From NCBI RefSeq assembly GCF_009914755.1, contig NC_060944.1: 64,000 nucleotides of DNA; one strand, written 5' to 3'. The notes under the pieces were generated by a model. That model ran no database searches and was not told the DNA's origin. It saw nothing but the letters and a program-made list of their open reading frames with translations. The position numbers and the translations under genes are program-made. This DNA is from the human T2T-CHM13v2.0 reference genome, Homo sapiens. This document shows, piece after piece, positions 11,164-24,887 of the stretch (the first letter of the stretch is position 1; every line of letters starts with the position of its first letter).

Positions 11164-13128
11164 TGGTCTTTCTCACTGTATCAGTTGTCTGCCTTCAGGA
11201 AAGGGAGTGAATTGAAGGAAATGTTGGACTGCTTTATCTTCTAAAACTCCAGAAAGGAAAATGATCATTTTTAGAGGAGACCGTAAATGTTCTATGCAAA
11301 AGGAAGTCACCTCGTGTGTTCCAAGGATGAGAAAAAACTCATGCATGATAGGAGGTTATCCCTGAGGCTAAGTCTTGCCTTCCTATCTCCCATTTTTGTT
11401 GTCACCATTAGGCATGAACAGCGTTGTTGCCAAGTCACCCTACTGTGTGGCTGCTGACTATTCACCCATGGCTTCTGAGCAATAGACAGGTCAAGTATTA
11501 CAACCACCTTGAGGTTGGCCCGTGTTTCACAAAAACCAGGAGGCCATGGGTGACCTTATCTCCTAGCTTCGAGGATCCAAAACTAACAAATCCCTGGAGG
11601 ATGCAGCCATTTCTGTCTTTGGTTAGCATCCTTCTTTAATTTCAACGGAATATAATGTCCCCGTAGAGCAAGTTTAAACAAGTTAACATAAAAAGACCGT
11701 GATCATATCTTCCCTAGCTTCTCTTTAATACATAGGCTTTGAATAACATTAATCAAGTTTTACAAATTTACCAAAAGATGTTCTAATTTCTGCTACAATA
11801 AAAACCTTATTTTCCCTTTTCTAGGGATGGGATGGCATCATGGTCTTTAAGCCACCTGGCTCTGTTCCTTGCTATTGAGAGGCTCAGGGGCAATTTGCGT
11901 AACTTCTCGTAGTTTCCTCATCTTTCAAAGCAGATGTTGTTGATACCTGCCTCATTGCCGGAACAAATTTACCAGAAAACCTGAGCCTGGGAGTCCCTAC
12001 TTGCAATGGCCCTTCCAAGACGTTCCATCTCATTTCCTATTCGTTAATTTGGTAGGCTTTTTTAATAAAGAGGGTCCCCTGAGTTGATAAGCTCCTCTCC
12101 CTAAGCCCTGGCTCCACCTCCTTGTACATTGGGTTGTTGTAAGGAAGTTGCACCCCTCGCTGTGCCTGTGGCGTCATTCGTGCCCAGTAATTGTTAGCTG
12201 TGGTTAGGTTAATTTTTTCCCCTTCTTAAAAGAACATGAATATGAAAATTTCTCAACTAAAAGCCAATGGTAAAACATTTTACAAGGGGGAAAAAAGCAT
12301 GCAAGAAAATGCTGATTACCAACAAAAGCAGAGAAAAAATTGTTCCTAGAAAAGATGAAATTGTACAAGAGAGGAAAGGAGTCATGAAAAGTCTATTCTT
12401 GAGCATCCTGAATGCCTGGCTTCTTAAATATTCTACACCCTGAAAACTTGAACGTGACTATTTTGGCCCTGTCTGAACTTTAAGACCTGATGAGTTATTT
12501 TTTTTCTTTCCTTTTTGAATGCAAAGTAACAGTTGTGTTCTAAATTTAACTTTTCCTGTTGGCTGCTTGGACTTTTTGCTCACATCAGGCCCAAGTGGGA
12601 TATGAGCGGCTCCCCATGAAGGATCAACTCTGCCATGGGCTGTCACATCCCTGGGGAAAAATGGTCTCAAGGGCCCTGAGGGATGAGTGGCTTTTGGATG
12701 TGTCCATTCTTTCTGTGCAGTGATATTTTTTCCCCAGAGTTAGTTTCCTTGACATCATGTTCCTCAGCCTCCCCAGGAGTCCCCAGCATTGCCTCTTTCA
12801 TGAGGAAATGTGGGAGGATGGTTGCTTCCTGTGTAATTCTGAAAGCCATTTATGGGATCTTCTTGCAGTTTCTCACCTCTTTGAATGCCTTCTTAGCACT
12901 CACTATGCCATGGAGACCCAGACTATTTGTAATTGAGGCACCCGAACCACCAGGAGGGTAAGGGATTTGGCCAAAGGTGCATCACATGCTAAGAGTGAAT
13001 GCTACGCCCTGACGGAGGGTAGAGGTGGGGTGCTGCTTCTGCTTGGACCTCCATTCTTGCCTTGCTTTAGTGTTTATACTTAGGATGTTTACACCAGGTA
13101 TGACTTGTGGGGTTAAGAATGATCTCAT

Positions 13129-14464
13129 GACACATAGACCAATGGAACAGGATAGAGAACCCAGAAATAAAGCCACATCTGGTCTTCAAAAAAGTCAACA
13201 TTAACAAGCAATGGGGAAAGGACTCCTTACGCGATAAACGGTGCTGGGATAAGTGGCCAGCCACATGCAGAAGAATGAAACTAGACCCCATTCTTTCACC
13301 ATATACAAAAATTAACCAAGACCTCAAACAATAAAAATCCTAGAAGAAAACCTAGGAAATATCATTCTGAACATTGACGTTGGCAAAGAATTTATGACTA
13401 AGTCCTTAAAAGCAGTGGCAACAAAAACAAAAATTGACAAGTGAGATCTAATTAAACTAAAGAGCTTCTGCATAGCAAAATAAACTATCAACAGAGTAAA
13501 AAGACAACCTACAGAATGGGAGAAAATATTTGCAAACTATGCATCTGACAGAAGTCTAATGTCTAGAATCTATAAGGAACTTAATTCAATAAGCACAAAA
13601 CAAATAACCCATTAAAAATGGGTAAAGGACATAAACGGACATTTCTCAAAAGAAGACATACGTGTGGCCAACAAATATATGAAAAAGTGTTCAACATCAC
13701 TAATGATTAGAGAAATGCAAATCAAAGCAACAAGAAGATATCATCTCACATCAGTCAGAATGGCTATTAATAAAAAGACAGAAAAGAATAGATGTTGGCA
13801 AAGTTGTAGAGAAAACAGAATGCTTATATACTGTTTGTGGAAATGTAAATTACATCAGCCACTGTAGAAAGTAATTTGGAGATTTCTCAAAGAACTTAAT
13901 ACAGAACTACCATTCAATCCAGCAATCTCATTACTGGGTATATAGTCAAAAGACATAGGTACTCATATGTTCATTGCAGCACTATTCACAGTAGTAAAGA
14001 CATGAAATCAACCTAGGTGTCCATCAATGGTGGACTGGATAAAGAAATTGTGATACATATATACCATGGAATATTACACAGGCATAAAAAAGAATGAAAT
14101 TATGTTCTTTGCAGCAATATGAATGGAGCTGAAGGCCATGATCCTAAGTGAATTATCGCAAGAACAGAAAACCAAATGCTACATGTTCTCACTTGTAAGT
14201 GGGAGCTAAACATTGGGTACACATGGACATAAAGATGGGAACAATAGACACTGCAGACTACTAGAGGGGGAAAGTAGGGAGGGGGTGAGGGATGAAAAAC
14301 TGCCTAATCAGTTACTCTATTCACTACCTGGGTGACAGTATCATTCATACACCAAACCTTAGCAACACACAATTTACCCATGCAATAAACCTGCACATGT
14401 ACCCGCAGAGTCTAAAACAAAAGATTAAAAAACAAAAACAAACAAACAAACAAACAAACAAAAA
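13129..14464 (+). mobile_element. L1PA16/L1PB-like 5'-truncated element
   Basis: ORF2 C-terminal remnant (MKKCSTSLMIREMQIK), 3'UTR, (CAAA)n tail. Confidence 0.92.
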
Positions 14465-14649
14465 CCTCTCACGTGACACTGCATAGCTTTTCTGTCAGTA
14501 GAGGTTTACGTTTCACTGACCTTTCCTCTGAGTGAGATCTGGGTCTCCCAAGGACTTGAGGTCTTCTGAGCCTTCTGAAGGCTCTGGCTGTTCTCTTCCC
14601 TGGTGAGGATATTGGTTGGAGTGGGGTCAGCATTCTAGGTGAAACTGAA

Positions 14650-14850
14650 ACAGCAATGAACTGGGAATCTGCAGACTAAATTTTGGCCATTGCGTTTTCA
14701 TTGATCAGTTGGATGAAAACATCCATCCTCTCATCTCAAAATGGGGATATGAACTACATTACTGTGTTATCATGAAGAGTAAATGAGATAATATTTGCAA
14801 TCATGCCTAATATTTATAGTACCAGGTGTATGATCAATGCTCAATCAATG
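14650..14850 (+). mobile_element. MIR fragment
   Basis: ctcatctcaaaatggggat...gagtaaatgagataat core motif. Confidence 0.55.
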
Positions 14851-15040
14851 GTCACCCCCCTTTGAATCCTTGGATTTTGTATATCAAATGCACAGACTGA
14901 CTAGATGATCTTTAAGGCTCCTACTAGCACCAAAATGGAATGATTTTATCTGTTAAGAGTGATCTTTTAAAATCTGTCTTTATGTAGATGAAAAGCTTCA
15001 TGTAGATGAGAAAAGATAAAACGTTTTTAAAAAGTGTCTT

Positions 15041-15368
15041 TCATCCTCAGCAAAGTAACACAGGAACAGAAAACCAAACACTGCATGTTCTCAGTCATAA
15101 GTGGGAGTTGAACAATGAGAACACATGGACACAGGGAGAGGAACATCACACACCGGGGCCTGTTGGGGGGTGGGTGGAAAGGGGAGGGAGAACATTAGGA
15201 CAAATACCTAATGCATGTGGGGCTTAAAACCTAGATGATGGGTTGATGGGTGCAGCAAACCATCATGGCACATGTGCACCTAGGTAACAAACCTGCATGT
15301 TCAGCACGTGTATCCCAGAACTTCAAGTAAAATAAAAATAAAAATAAAGAAAAGTTTTGGCAACCAAA
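15041..15368 (+). mobile_element. L1PA (about PA7-PA10) 3'UTR, about 300 bp, 5'-truncated
   Basis: Perfect TSD aaaaagtgtctt at 15029-15040 and 15369-15380; site preceded by ttttt (L1 endonuclease motif). Confidence 0.93.
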
Positions 15369-16369
15369 AAAAAGTGTCTTGTTTGTAAAGCCCTTTACAC
15401 AGGAATACACATGGCAGGGAAACTGAGGAGTCCACCTTGGGACCAACTCTGCATCTGTGGTGACCCAGCAGACATCGGTTTGCTTAAGCTAACTCAGCAC
15501 AGGAGGATTTACATTTTCCTTGTGCCTCATATTTATGGAAACAAAGAATTTTTTAAAGTGAAATGTTATCTTTATTAACCATACTTGACCTCATGTCTAC
15601 ATGACACATGACACAGAAGTCCCCTCCACCAGAACACAAAGAGGGCCCTTAGAAAATGGATGTGGGAGAGTGAACCAGGTAAGTCTTTATTCCCTTCAAC
15701 CTGGCCATTGTTTAAATTAAGGAGGTATCATATTTATCATATTTTAATTCAGGGCTATGAGGTTTTCTAACGGACTCATAAAGCAATGCTTTGAAAGGAA
15801 AAGGTCTCTAGTGGTATATTGACCAACTTTGATGTCACCAACTTCTTGACTTTTAGTTTCTTCACTCTACAGCTGTAAAGATTGCTCAAATGGACCTTGC
15901 AAAAGGAAAGCTTCTAGCTAGACAGGGAGTGGCTTCATTCTGAAATTGCAGAAGACTGAAGTGACTTTCATTTTGTTATGCGTTTTGTTTGGAGGGTGCA
16001 GAAATTAAACCTGTGAGTCTGCCTCCGCAGTCCTCAGGCCACCAGCTGAGGGGAGGGGACATTTGTGATGTCTTCTGAAAGCTGGTGTTGGAGAGCTGAA
16101 TCATGCCAAGTCTCCCATTCATTTACTGTGAATTTGTCTGAGGGCTTATCAGGATAGATTCTATACTTGATGCACTTCGCAAACCTTTATTGAGCGATTT
16201 TTTATTAAAGTATCTGAAATCAGTCATGTCATTTGCAACTCGGAATGGAGAAATACTAAACGGGGTTGCAGGAGGGGCTTTATTTCATCGTTAAGGAGCC
16301 CGTATTATGACTTAAGTACCTCATTTATCTGGCATCGTTGGGATATCGTTTCTGCCTAAGTGGCTGCTG

Positions 16370-16445
16370 CTGAGGGTGCAGTTCCCTCCACATCTAGGAA
16401 CTCGACAAATGTCTGCAGAATGTGGTTGAATGAACTAAATGAAAC
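16370..16445 (+). mobile_element. L2 3' end
   Basis: taggaactcgacaaatgtctg...ttgaatgaactaaatgaa. Confidence 0.5.
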
Positions 16446-16754
16446 ATCTCTGCAAACGCCAGGCCATTTTGAAAAGTGATAAGCATTTGATTGATATCTT
16501 TCTAAGTAAATTTAATACGTTCTTGTCTGTGAGTCACAGTGCACGGAATGTGGATTGGACATTCTAGTGATAAATTGAAGCCATGGATTCGTGGAGGACA
16601 TATGTTATTTTACCGTCTTGTAATTCAGACCAGGGCCTCCTTTTTTGTTGTCACTGTGTCCACTGTCACTTCCATTACTTCCTAGGTTTGTCTACCTTTA
16701 AAACTTTCACACCCTCAGATCTTCTAAAGTTTCATCCCGACAGCAGATCTATGG

Positions 16755-16960
16755 TTAGAACATAAACTTTAGTGTCAGGCAGATCAGACTTGAAATCCAG
16801 TTCCTCTCATTTTCTTGCTGCAGAACTTGATCAGCTTTCCTAACTTCACTGAATATGGGCTTCCTCATCTATCAGATAAAGGATCTGTGCTTGACCTGAT
16901 GACATTACCAGTTCATTAAATTAGCTAATGTATATTAAGGGCCAAACCAGGTGGTTAGCA
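16755..16960 (+). mobile_element. MIR
   Basis: gacttgaaatccagttcctctc...ttcctcatct core. Confidence 0.6.
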
Positions 16961-16975
16961 TGTTCTCTTGCCTTC

Positions 16976-17155
16976 TGCTACTCAGTGTGGTCCAGGGACC
17001 AGCCTGGAAGTGTCAACACCTCTTGGAAGCTTGTTAGAAATGTAGAATCTCATACTCCACCCAAACCTACCAGACCTATGGAATCAGAATCTGCATATTA
17101 ACTAGCTCCCCAGGTGGTACCTATGCACACTGAATTTTGGAAAACGCTGGCCTAG
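16976..17155. mobile_element. MER5A (hAT-Charlie MITE)
   Basis: gcttgttagaaatgtagaatctc...gaatcagaatctgcat...ccccaggtg. Confidence 0.8.
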
Positions 17156-17777
17156 AGCTTCTATTTTTTCTCCTCTTTGGGAGGGATAACAAGATGTTAA
17201 CTTTAGTTTGTCAAAGCTTCAGTTTTCTGGAAGGATGAGGGGTTCTAAGCATCATGAGAAGTGGCCTTCAAAAAGAGAGTTGGAACTTTTTGCAAGCTTC
17301 TTCTCTGTGTGGCAGCTTAATTTGAGATGGCCCTTTATTGTTCATTTCTTACCCATCCACATACCAACATAGAATCATCATTTGGGGGAATGTGAAGACA
17401 AGGGACTCCTCCTTGCACCCTGGGAGAGCTGGGCTTCCAGTCTGTGCTCCAAGCTTTCACGCCCCAGGAGTGACTCTGGGTCATTGGGACAGGTCAGGGC
17501 GGCAAAGCATCACACTCTTCCTGCTATCAGTGTCCGACCAGCCTGAGTCCCCATCCTGCACAGTGAAAAGAGTCCAGCAGGCACAATGGGCCTGAGCAGA
17601 GCCGGACTTGACATTGGAGGCAGCCCTGGGAGATGGTGCCTGGTGTCTTCGTGGAGTTCATTCCATCTTCTGGCTACTTCACCTAGGTGTCATGACATCT
17701 AATAACTGATTTTTCATTTTCTTGAACCGATAGACCCTTGCTTTCACATTACCCCTTCTAACATGTTTCTGCCACAT

Positions 17778-17954
17778 TCTAAACCCTTGCTACTCAGAGT
17801 GTGGCCTCAGGCCCAGAGGCATCAGCAAGACTGAGAGCTTATTGGCCACACAGAAGCTCAGCCCCCACCAGGAAAATGCACTGAGTCTGACCATGAATTT
17901 CAAAAGTTCCCAGGTGGTCATGTGCACAGAAGACTTGGACAAGTGCTGAGCTAG
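17778..17954. mobile_element. MER5A-like, diverged
   Basis: tgctactcagagtgtgg...gcatcagc...cccaggtggtcatgtgcaca. Confidence 0.6.
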
Positions 17955-18547
17955 TGTATGTTCAGTAAATATTAATTTTCTCTTCCATTTTTAAACCTGG
18001 TGTATGAAATAAAAATCAATAAGGCTCTGAATGAGAGCTTGAGAAATGAGAAGCTCAATATCAGGGCAGGAATTCCATGAGGACTGTCTATTCTCTGGTC
18101 CAGGCCAGTTCTCTGGAAGGTCCGGGTTGCTTCAGGACTGACCTGCGGCTACCTGGGAAGGAAACTTACTGCTCCAGCCACTGTTCTTCCTCATAGATGT
18201 CTGCAGCCTATGAAGCCTTGCTGAGACAGTCATTATCTGTGCTGCAGTCATTCAGGGCAGCAAGCATATAAACAGAGCTTGATGCTGCCTTCAGCTTCCA
18301 GTTACATAACCTCACTTTGGAGTCATACTTTCCAGATGTTGTGTATGGACATGCTCCCTTCTTGCACTACCTGTTTCTTTAGCCACATTCAACTTTTGGG
18401 GGAAAGGTCTAAAGACAAGCTCCAAGGACAGCCAGCATGCTTTAAATCTGAAATAAAGCCTTTTTTGAGCTTATAATCATGTTTATTTGCTTTGCTGGAG
18501 TCTTTCTGAAAGCTTTTCATTTCTTTTTTATTCCCCCTCTATGTAAT

Positions 18548-18682
18548 CTTCCTTCGTTCCTTTCTTCCTTCCTTGCTTCCATCCCTCCTTCCCTTTCCTT
18601 CCCTTTCCTTCCTTCCTTCTTGCCTTCCCTTCCTTTTTTCCTTCCTTGCCTTCCCTTCATTTTTTCCTTCCTTTCTTCCTTT
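18548..18682. repeat. Degenerate (TTCC)n polypyrimidine tract
   Basis: Direct observation. Confidence 0.9.
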
Positions 18683-19939
18683 AGTGGAGAAGCACAGTTT
18701 GGGGTCACTGGAGCTTGGGTTTTGGTTACTCATATGTGTGTAGAGACTTGAGTTCAGATTTGCGAGGAATTTGGGCATGAACCTAAATCTCATGTTCAAA
18801 GGCTCAAGGCTTCAAGAGAACCCCAGGCTTGCAGTCAGCAACTTTTGGCCAGCAGGGCCCGCGGGTGGGTTCTCTGTATGTGGTGGATCATTCCAGGGCC
18901 CCACACAGGAAATCAGGATGAGGTCACTCAACAGCCCCATGCTCCTTCAGCTTTCATGCTGGTCCAGGCATTCTGCTAATGGTGGGAAGGTTTGGAGAAA
19001 GAAGAGATACAGTCCCAGCCCTCAGGGATCACATGCGGAAGGTAGTGGGGAGAGGAATCCAGCTACATCCACTCAGAGTGATCAATGCTGTACTACAGGT
19101 GTGCACGTTGGCCCCCACAGAGGGCCAGGATGGGGCCTCCCATCCTGGGAGGTGTGGGGTAAAGGAAGGCTTCCAGGAGGAGGCAGTGTTTGAGTCAACA
19201 AGTGTCCCCAAAGGAAAACAGTTAGATCAGATTTCACCAGGGAGGATGATGGTACTCATTTGAGGAGGTGGAAGCCATGAAGTCAAGATAGCCTGTTAGT
19301 AACAACAGTATGCAGCTCTCTTTTTTCCCCTATGGCCAGCAGGGAATTCATCTGCCACACTTACTTTCCACACTCATTAAATACATCTTCCCAAAGGGTG
19401 GCCTGGAGGAAATAGGGATGCAGTCTCCTGATGGGATCGAGGCCCACTGAGAAACATGGCTGCCGGTGCTGTGTGTGTAGCATGAGGGTTTCCTTCCCAT
19501 GCGCCCTTCCTCTTTCCTCTGTTGTGGGTCATGAATAACTATGAATCCATTCGCTGCTCTTGTTCTACTTCATGTTTCAAACACAGGAAATGAGCCTCTA
19601 ATATAAGAACAATAAACTCAGAGGTAGATCACTGCCCGGATGGAAAATTGCCATGTGAACCAAAATGACACTTGATTAGTTTGTTAAGGTGAAAACATTT
19701 TTCTAAGTGGCAGTGGGTGTCCCTCAGTGAGATCCCAGCATTGGAAGAGTTCTTCAGGGGTGTAAGACACAAAGTTCCATTTTCCCTTCAGTGAAGGGCT
19801 TCATTCTTGCATGTAGGGAAAGTATAGGTGTGCCAGACTTCATCGATGGGTAGCCCAAGGCGCAGGGGACAGTGTTCCAGGGAACTGGTCAAAGCTCTAG
19901 GAATTTGGAAGTTAGAACAGTATAGGTATATATAGCTTT

Positions 19940-20230
19940 TATATTTATATAGTTGATTTTTTAAAACTTGAAGAATCATTTAAGAATGCATACATATCCT
20001 AGAGAACCCAAACAGTACTGAACTATACAGGGTAAAAAGTTAAAATCATTCTCCACTTACCTCCTCCAGCCACTCTGCACAAGGGTAACTGACCATTGTG
20101 AACAAGGAGGCCCAGAAGGTGGGATTCTTCATGATCTCTTCCTATTCATTCACAAGTATATATATAGGTTATTAATACACCAGTGAGATACACTTTACAC
20201 TTTATTTTGGGACTTGCTAAACTGCTGCCT
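19940..20230 (-). mobile_element. Old L1ME-like 3' fragment
   Basis: Degenerate motifs (actatacagggtaaaaagttaaaatc; ttattttgggacttgct). Confidence 0.4.
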
Positions 20231-20516
20231 TGATGTTTTATTGTTTTGTTTTGTTGCCCTCACACCTTTTGTCTGGACTTTATGTTGACAAGTGTGATGG
20301 AGAAGGGCCTTGGGGTTGTGAGTTTTATCCCAGGACTTAAATGGAACCAGAGAGTTCCCATGTGCTTCTGAGGTTGCTCAAAGCTCAGAGTTCCATTGGC
20401 CTGGTGTGTTTTATGTGGTGGCAGCCTGGGTATTGGTAGCGATGGTGATGCTGGCACAGCCTGGCCACTTGGGTTTCCCTGGCCATTGTATTGTAAAGTT
20501 CCCATTTACTTTGTAG

Positions 20517-21060
<544 letters not shown>

Positions 21061-21822
21061 TGAGTGGCACTGAGAAGGGCCAGGGAACCTGAGCTAGGCT
21101 GGAACCCAGCCTGTTCTGGGTCAGTGGCCCATTTCAGCTCTGAGGTCTGAACTTGCCTCTCCTGCCACTGCTAGGTCTTTCTTTTCTTAGTTGACTTAAC
21201 AAGTCAGATTTTGAGATTTAACTAAGAATCCGAGGCATTAAACCTAGCTCAGCTACAGTAATCTGGCTGCTGATTCCATGTGGACATGTAACAGCTCCTG
21301 CTTTCAGAGCAGGTCCTGGGGATCACGGTGATATGGGGCAAGTTTCTCTTGTGCTTGAACCTTTTCTTCTGCCCTTTTCAAACTAGTAACAGGGAGGTAC
21401 CATACTGACAAGTTTAATCCCTCTGGGGCTTTAGAAACTTGTTTTGCTGCTCCACTTCAACCCCATGAGGAGATGATACATCTTAAAGGATGGGCAGAGG
21501 GAGAGGGCGATGCCAGATACATGAGTTGAACTATAGAACTTCAGGTCTTGAGGTAAGGAAAGGAAAATTCATGCTGTAAGCATCCCCTGATGAAATTCAC
21601 AGACCGGTCACTGTGGTCATTTATCCAGCTCATGTTTACAGAACCCAGGACTGTTGATAAACAACAAAAGCCTTCACCTTTGAAAATTTTCTGTCCCCAA
21701 CTTTGTCTGTGGTTTTGCTGTAAGGTCCCAGGCCTGCAGACAGGTGTTCTTCCAAGGGCCAATATTTTTTTAGGAAGGTTGGAGTAAAGATGCACTGATA
21801 CCTAGTTCTATTCCAAATCCTC

Positions 21823-22187
21823 TTTTTTTGTTTTTATTTATTTATTTTATTTTATTTTATTTTATTTTATTTTATTTTATTTTATTTTATTTTATTTTAT
21901 TTTTGAGACAGGGTCTCAGTCCACCGCCCAGGCTGGAGTGCAGTGGCGCAATCTCGGCTCACTGCAACCTTGACTTCCCCTGGCTCAAGTGATCCTCCCA
22001 CCTCAGCCTCCTGAGTAGCTGGGGCTACAGGCATGCACCACCATACCTGGCTAATTTTTGTATTTTTTATAGAGATGGGGTTTCACCATGTTACCTAGGC
22101 TGTTCTCATACTCTCGGGCTCTAGCAATCTGCCCACCTCAGCCTCCCAAAGTTCTGGGATTACAGGCGTGAGCTACTGCGCCCTGCC
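21823..22187 (-). mobile_element. AluJ with (TTTTA)n tail
   Basis: J-type gacagggtctc and gctcaagtgatcctcccacctc; tail expanded to pentamer repeat. Confidence 0.93.
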
Positions 22188-23364
22188 TTTAAATCTTCTT
22201 TACTGGAATTGTAGACACTTAAGCATTCTCATTCCTTGTCTGCAGGATGAAGGGAGTTGCTGCGGAAGCTTCTCTGCCATCAGGCAGCCTGTAACTCCTG
22301 CCATGCCAGCACGCTTCCCATCCGTACTCACAGTCTTCCGGAAGGAATGTCAGCAAAGCTTGTCATAACACACCTTAGTGGTTACCAGGCCTTGGCCTGT
22401 CGGTGTGTCTGGACATGAGTTACCGACTGTGGGCAGGAAGTCTGACGTTTCAGATGTGTGATTTACACATGGTGTCTGCAATGCACAGAATTGCAGTATC
22501 ACCCTGTCATCTGACATCATTAACTGCATGTTGTGGCATTTGGTCAAAGGCCACACATAAAAGTGCTGAAGAAGAAATTTGCTTTGATTTTCTAGGTGGT
22601 AGGGCCAGTGTGCTGGCAATCAGGTCACTTGCTTCTGAGGCACCCGCGTTCTGTCCCATCTGCTCTGTTTCTGCTATTTTTGCAAAGAAAGGGTCCTTGG
22701 CATTACTGTGCTCAGATTCGCCTATCCTTGCACCCACACCTGTCTCTATAGTTCACACAGGGTAGGTTGGTTTCCTCTGTGCTGGGCAGACCTGATTTCC
22801 CTCTTCTCCATCAAACTAGGCATGTTTTAAATGGGAAATGGAAAGGAGGCTGCGGCAGCAGCCTGGCAGTGGCCCCAGGGTAGGTTTTCCAGAACATGAT
22901 GCTGTTAGGACGAGATCACTGGGGCTGGGGTGCCAGAGACCCCATTCAGGTGCAAAGAAGCAAGTGTATGGTTGAGGGATTTTCTATCCAGCACCAAATA
23001 GGAATGGAATGGAGTGTTCTGGAAAGAGGCAAGATTTGTGCTGAAATCCTGGGGTCATGGTCTTAGAAAGTCTTAGAAAGCTAAGTGGTTATATGGCTGG
23101 GGGCAGATCCCTGAACCTCCCTGGGCTATGGATTCTTTCTACAAAGTGCTGATGTCCCTCCCTCCTGGTTGTGGTCATAGAAATTACATGGAAGCGTGCA
23201 CTGCTGTGCTCAGGTCATGATCAAGAACACAGGTGCTGGTGACTTTCATGATCTGTTGATGTGGATCCAGTGGCTCTTCTGGTAGGAGGGTCATCACCCT
23301 GCTGGAAGATTACAGCACTGTAACCAGAGTTCACAGTTCTTTTGTTCACTCGTGTACATAAACG

Positions 23365-23812
23365 TAGGTGCTCCTCAATTTAAAATGGGATTATGTGCCA
23401 GTAAGCCTGTCCACAACTGAAAATATCATAAGTTGAAAATGCATTTAATACATCTAACCTAGCAAGCATCGTCACTTAGCCTAGCCTACCTTAGACATGC
23501 TCAGAACACTTACATTAGCTTACAGTTAGCCAGAATCATCTAACACAAAGCTTTTTATTACAAAGTGTTGAACGTCTCATAGATCTGTTGAGTACAATGT
23601 ACTGCAGAATGCACTGGTAATAGCATGGCTGGGGGCGGCAGCTCACCGCAGCTGCCCAGCATCACCAAAGCCTATTGAACCACATATTGCTAGCTCAGGA
23701 AAAGATCAAAATTTAAAATCTGAAGTACACTTTCTACTGAATGTGCATCACTTTCTACCGTCACAAAGTGGAGAAATCCCAAGATGAACCATCAAAAATC
23801 TGGGACCACCTG
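23365..23812 (+). mobile_element. MER47/Tigger5-family MITE
   Basis: gttgaaaatgcatttaataca...cttagcctagcctacctta...gggaccacctg followed by TA. Confidence 0.8.
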
Positions 23813-24393
23813 TACTAAGGAAGCTCTAGTTAAGTGGGGGTTTGAGCAAAGACAAGGCTGCACAGTTCCTACCTCTTGGTGCTTCTGTAGAGCTGGAGTG
23901 AGAAGGGTGAAATAAAGGCTTACCAGGGTTTACATAAAAGGCCAAGGAAGGCAGCGTGTCCTGCAGCCACTGGGTCAGGGTGTAGGCTGAAAACCATCAG
24001 GGTTTGCTCCACCTCCGGGGGAGCAAGTACGATGGTCCCTTTGACAGGACAGGGTTTCCCTGTTTAATCTGAGCTATGGCTCATAAATCAGTCAAATAAA
24101 AAAATCCAATCTTGAAAATGTCTAGCATTTTCAAAAATTCTGGGATTCAGTGAAGACAATGGGAGCCATAAATCAGCCAGACACCAAGTCGTGCCGACTC
24201 CCCCTGGGCAGGAGCACAGAGTCCAGGCCAGGTTGGCCCTAGGGGCTGGGGAGAGGTCACCTGACCTGAAATGGACTTTGCTGAGGAGAAAATGAGAATG
24301 ATCTCAAGGTCTTTGCTGAGGAGGCAGACTTCTTTAAGTGTTCCCAATTAACTCTCTTTGCAAAATTTTTAAAAATAGAATCTCTTGATTTCT

Positions 24394-24887
24394 TTTTTTA
24401 AAAATTTCCTACTTTTATTTTAAGTTCAGGGGTACATGTGCAGGATGTGCAGGTTTGTGACATAGGTAAATGTGTGCCATTGTGGTTTGCTGCAAAGATC
24501 ATCCCATCACCCAAGTATTAAGCCCAACATCCATTAGCTATTCTTCCTGGCGCTCTCCCTCCTCCCACCCCTCTGACAAAAGGCCATACACCTACAACCA
24601 TCTGACCTTTGACAAACCTGACAAAAACAAGCATTGGGGAAAGGATTCCCTATTTAATAAATGGTGCTGAGAGAACTGGCTAGCTGTATACAGAAAATTC
24701 AAAACTGGACTCCTTCCTTACACCATGTACAAAAATCAATTCCAGATGGATTAAAAACTTAAATGCAAAACCCAAAACTATAAAAACCCTAGAAGAAAAC
24801 CCAGGCAGTACCATTTAGGACATAGGCATGGGCAAAGATTTCATGACAAAAATGCCAAAAGCAATTGCAAGGAAAGCAAAAATTGAG
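24394..24887 (-). mobile_element. L1PA12/13-like element with 5' inversion (minus 3'UTR 24394-24578; plus ORF2 piece 24579-24886)
   Basis: TSD tctc(c)ttgatttct at 24381-24393 and 24888-24901; strand switch at about 24580. Confidence 0.9.

Noticed and set aside
22225-22420. Acceptor-like ttctcattccttgtctgcag at about 22245 (similar one at about 40497) suggesting an exon
   Set aside because: No convincing paired donor or coding frame; such motifs are common by chance and need RNA-seq support
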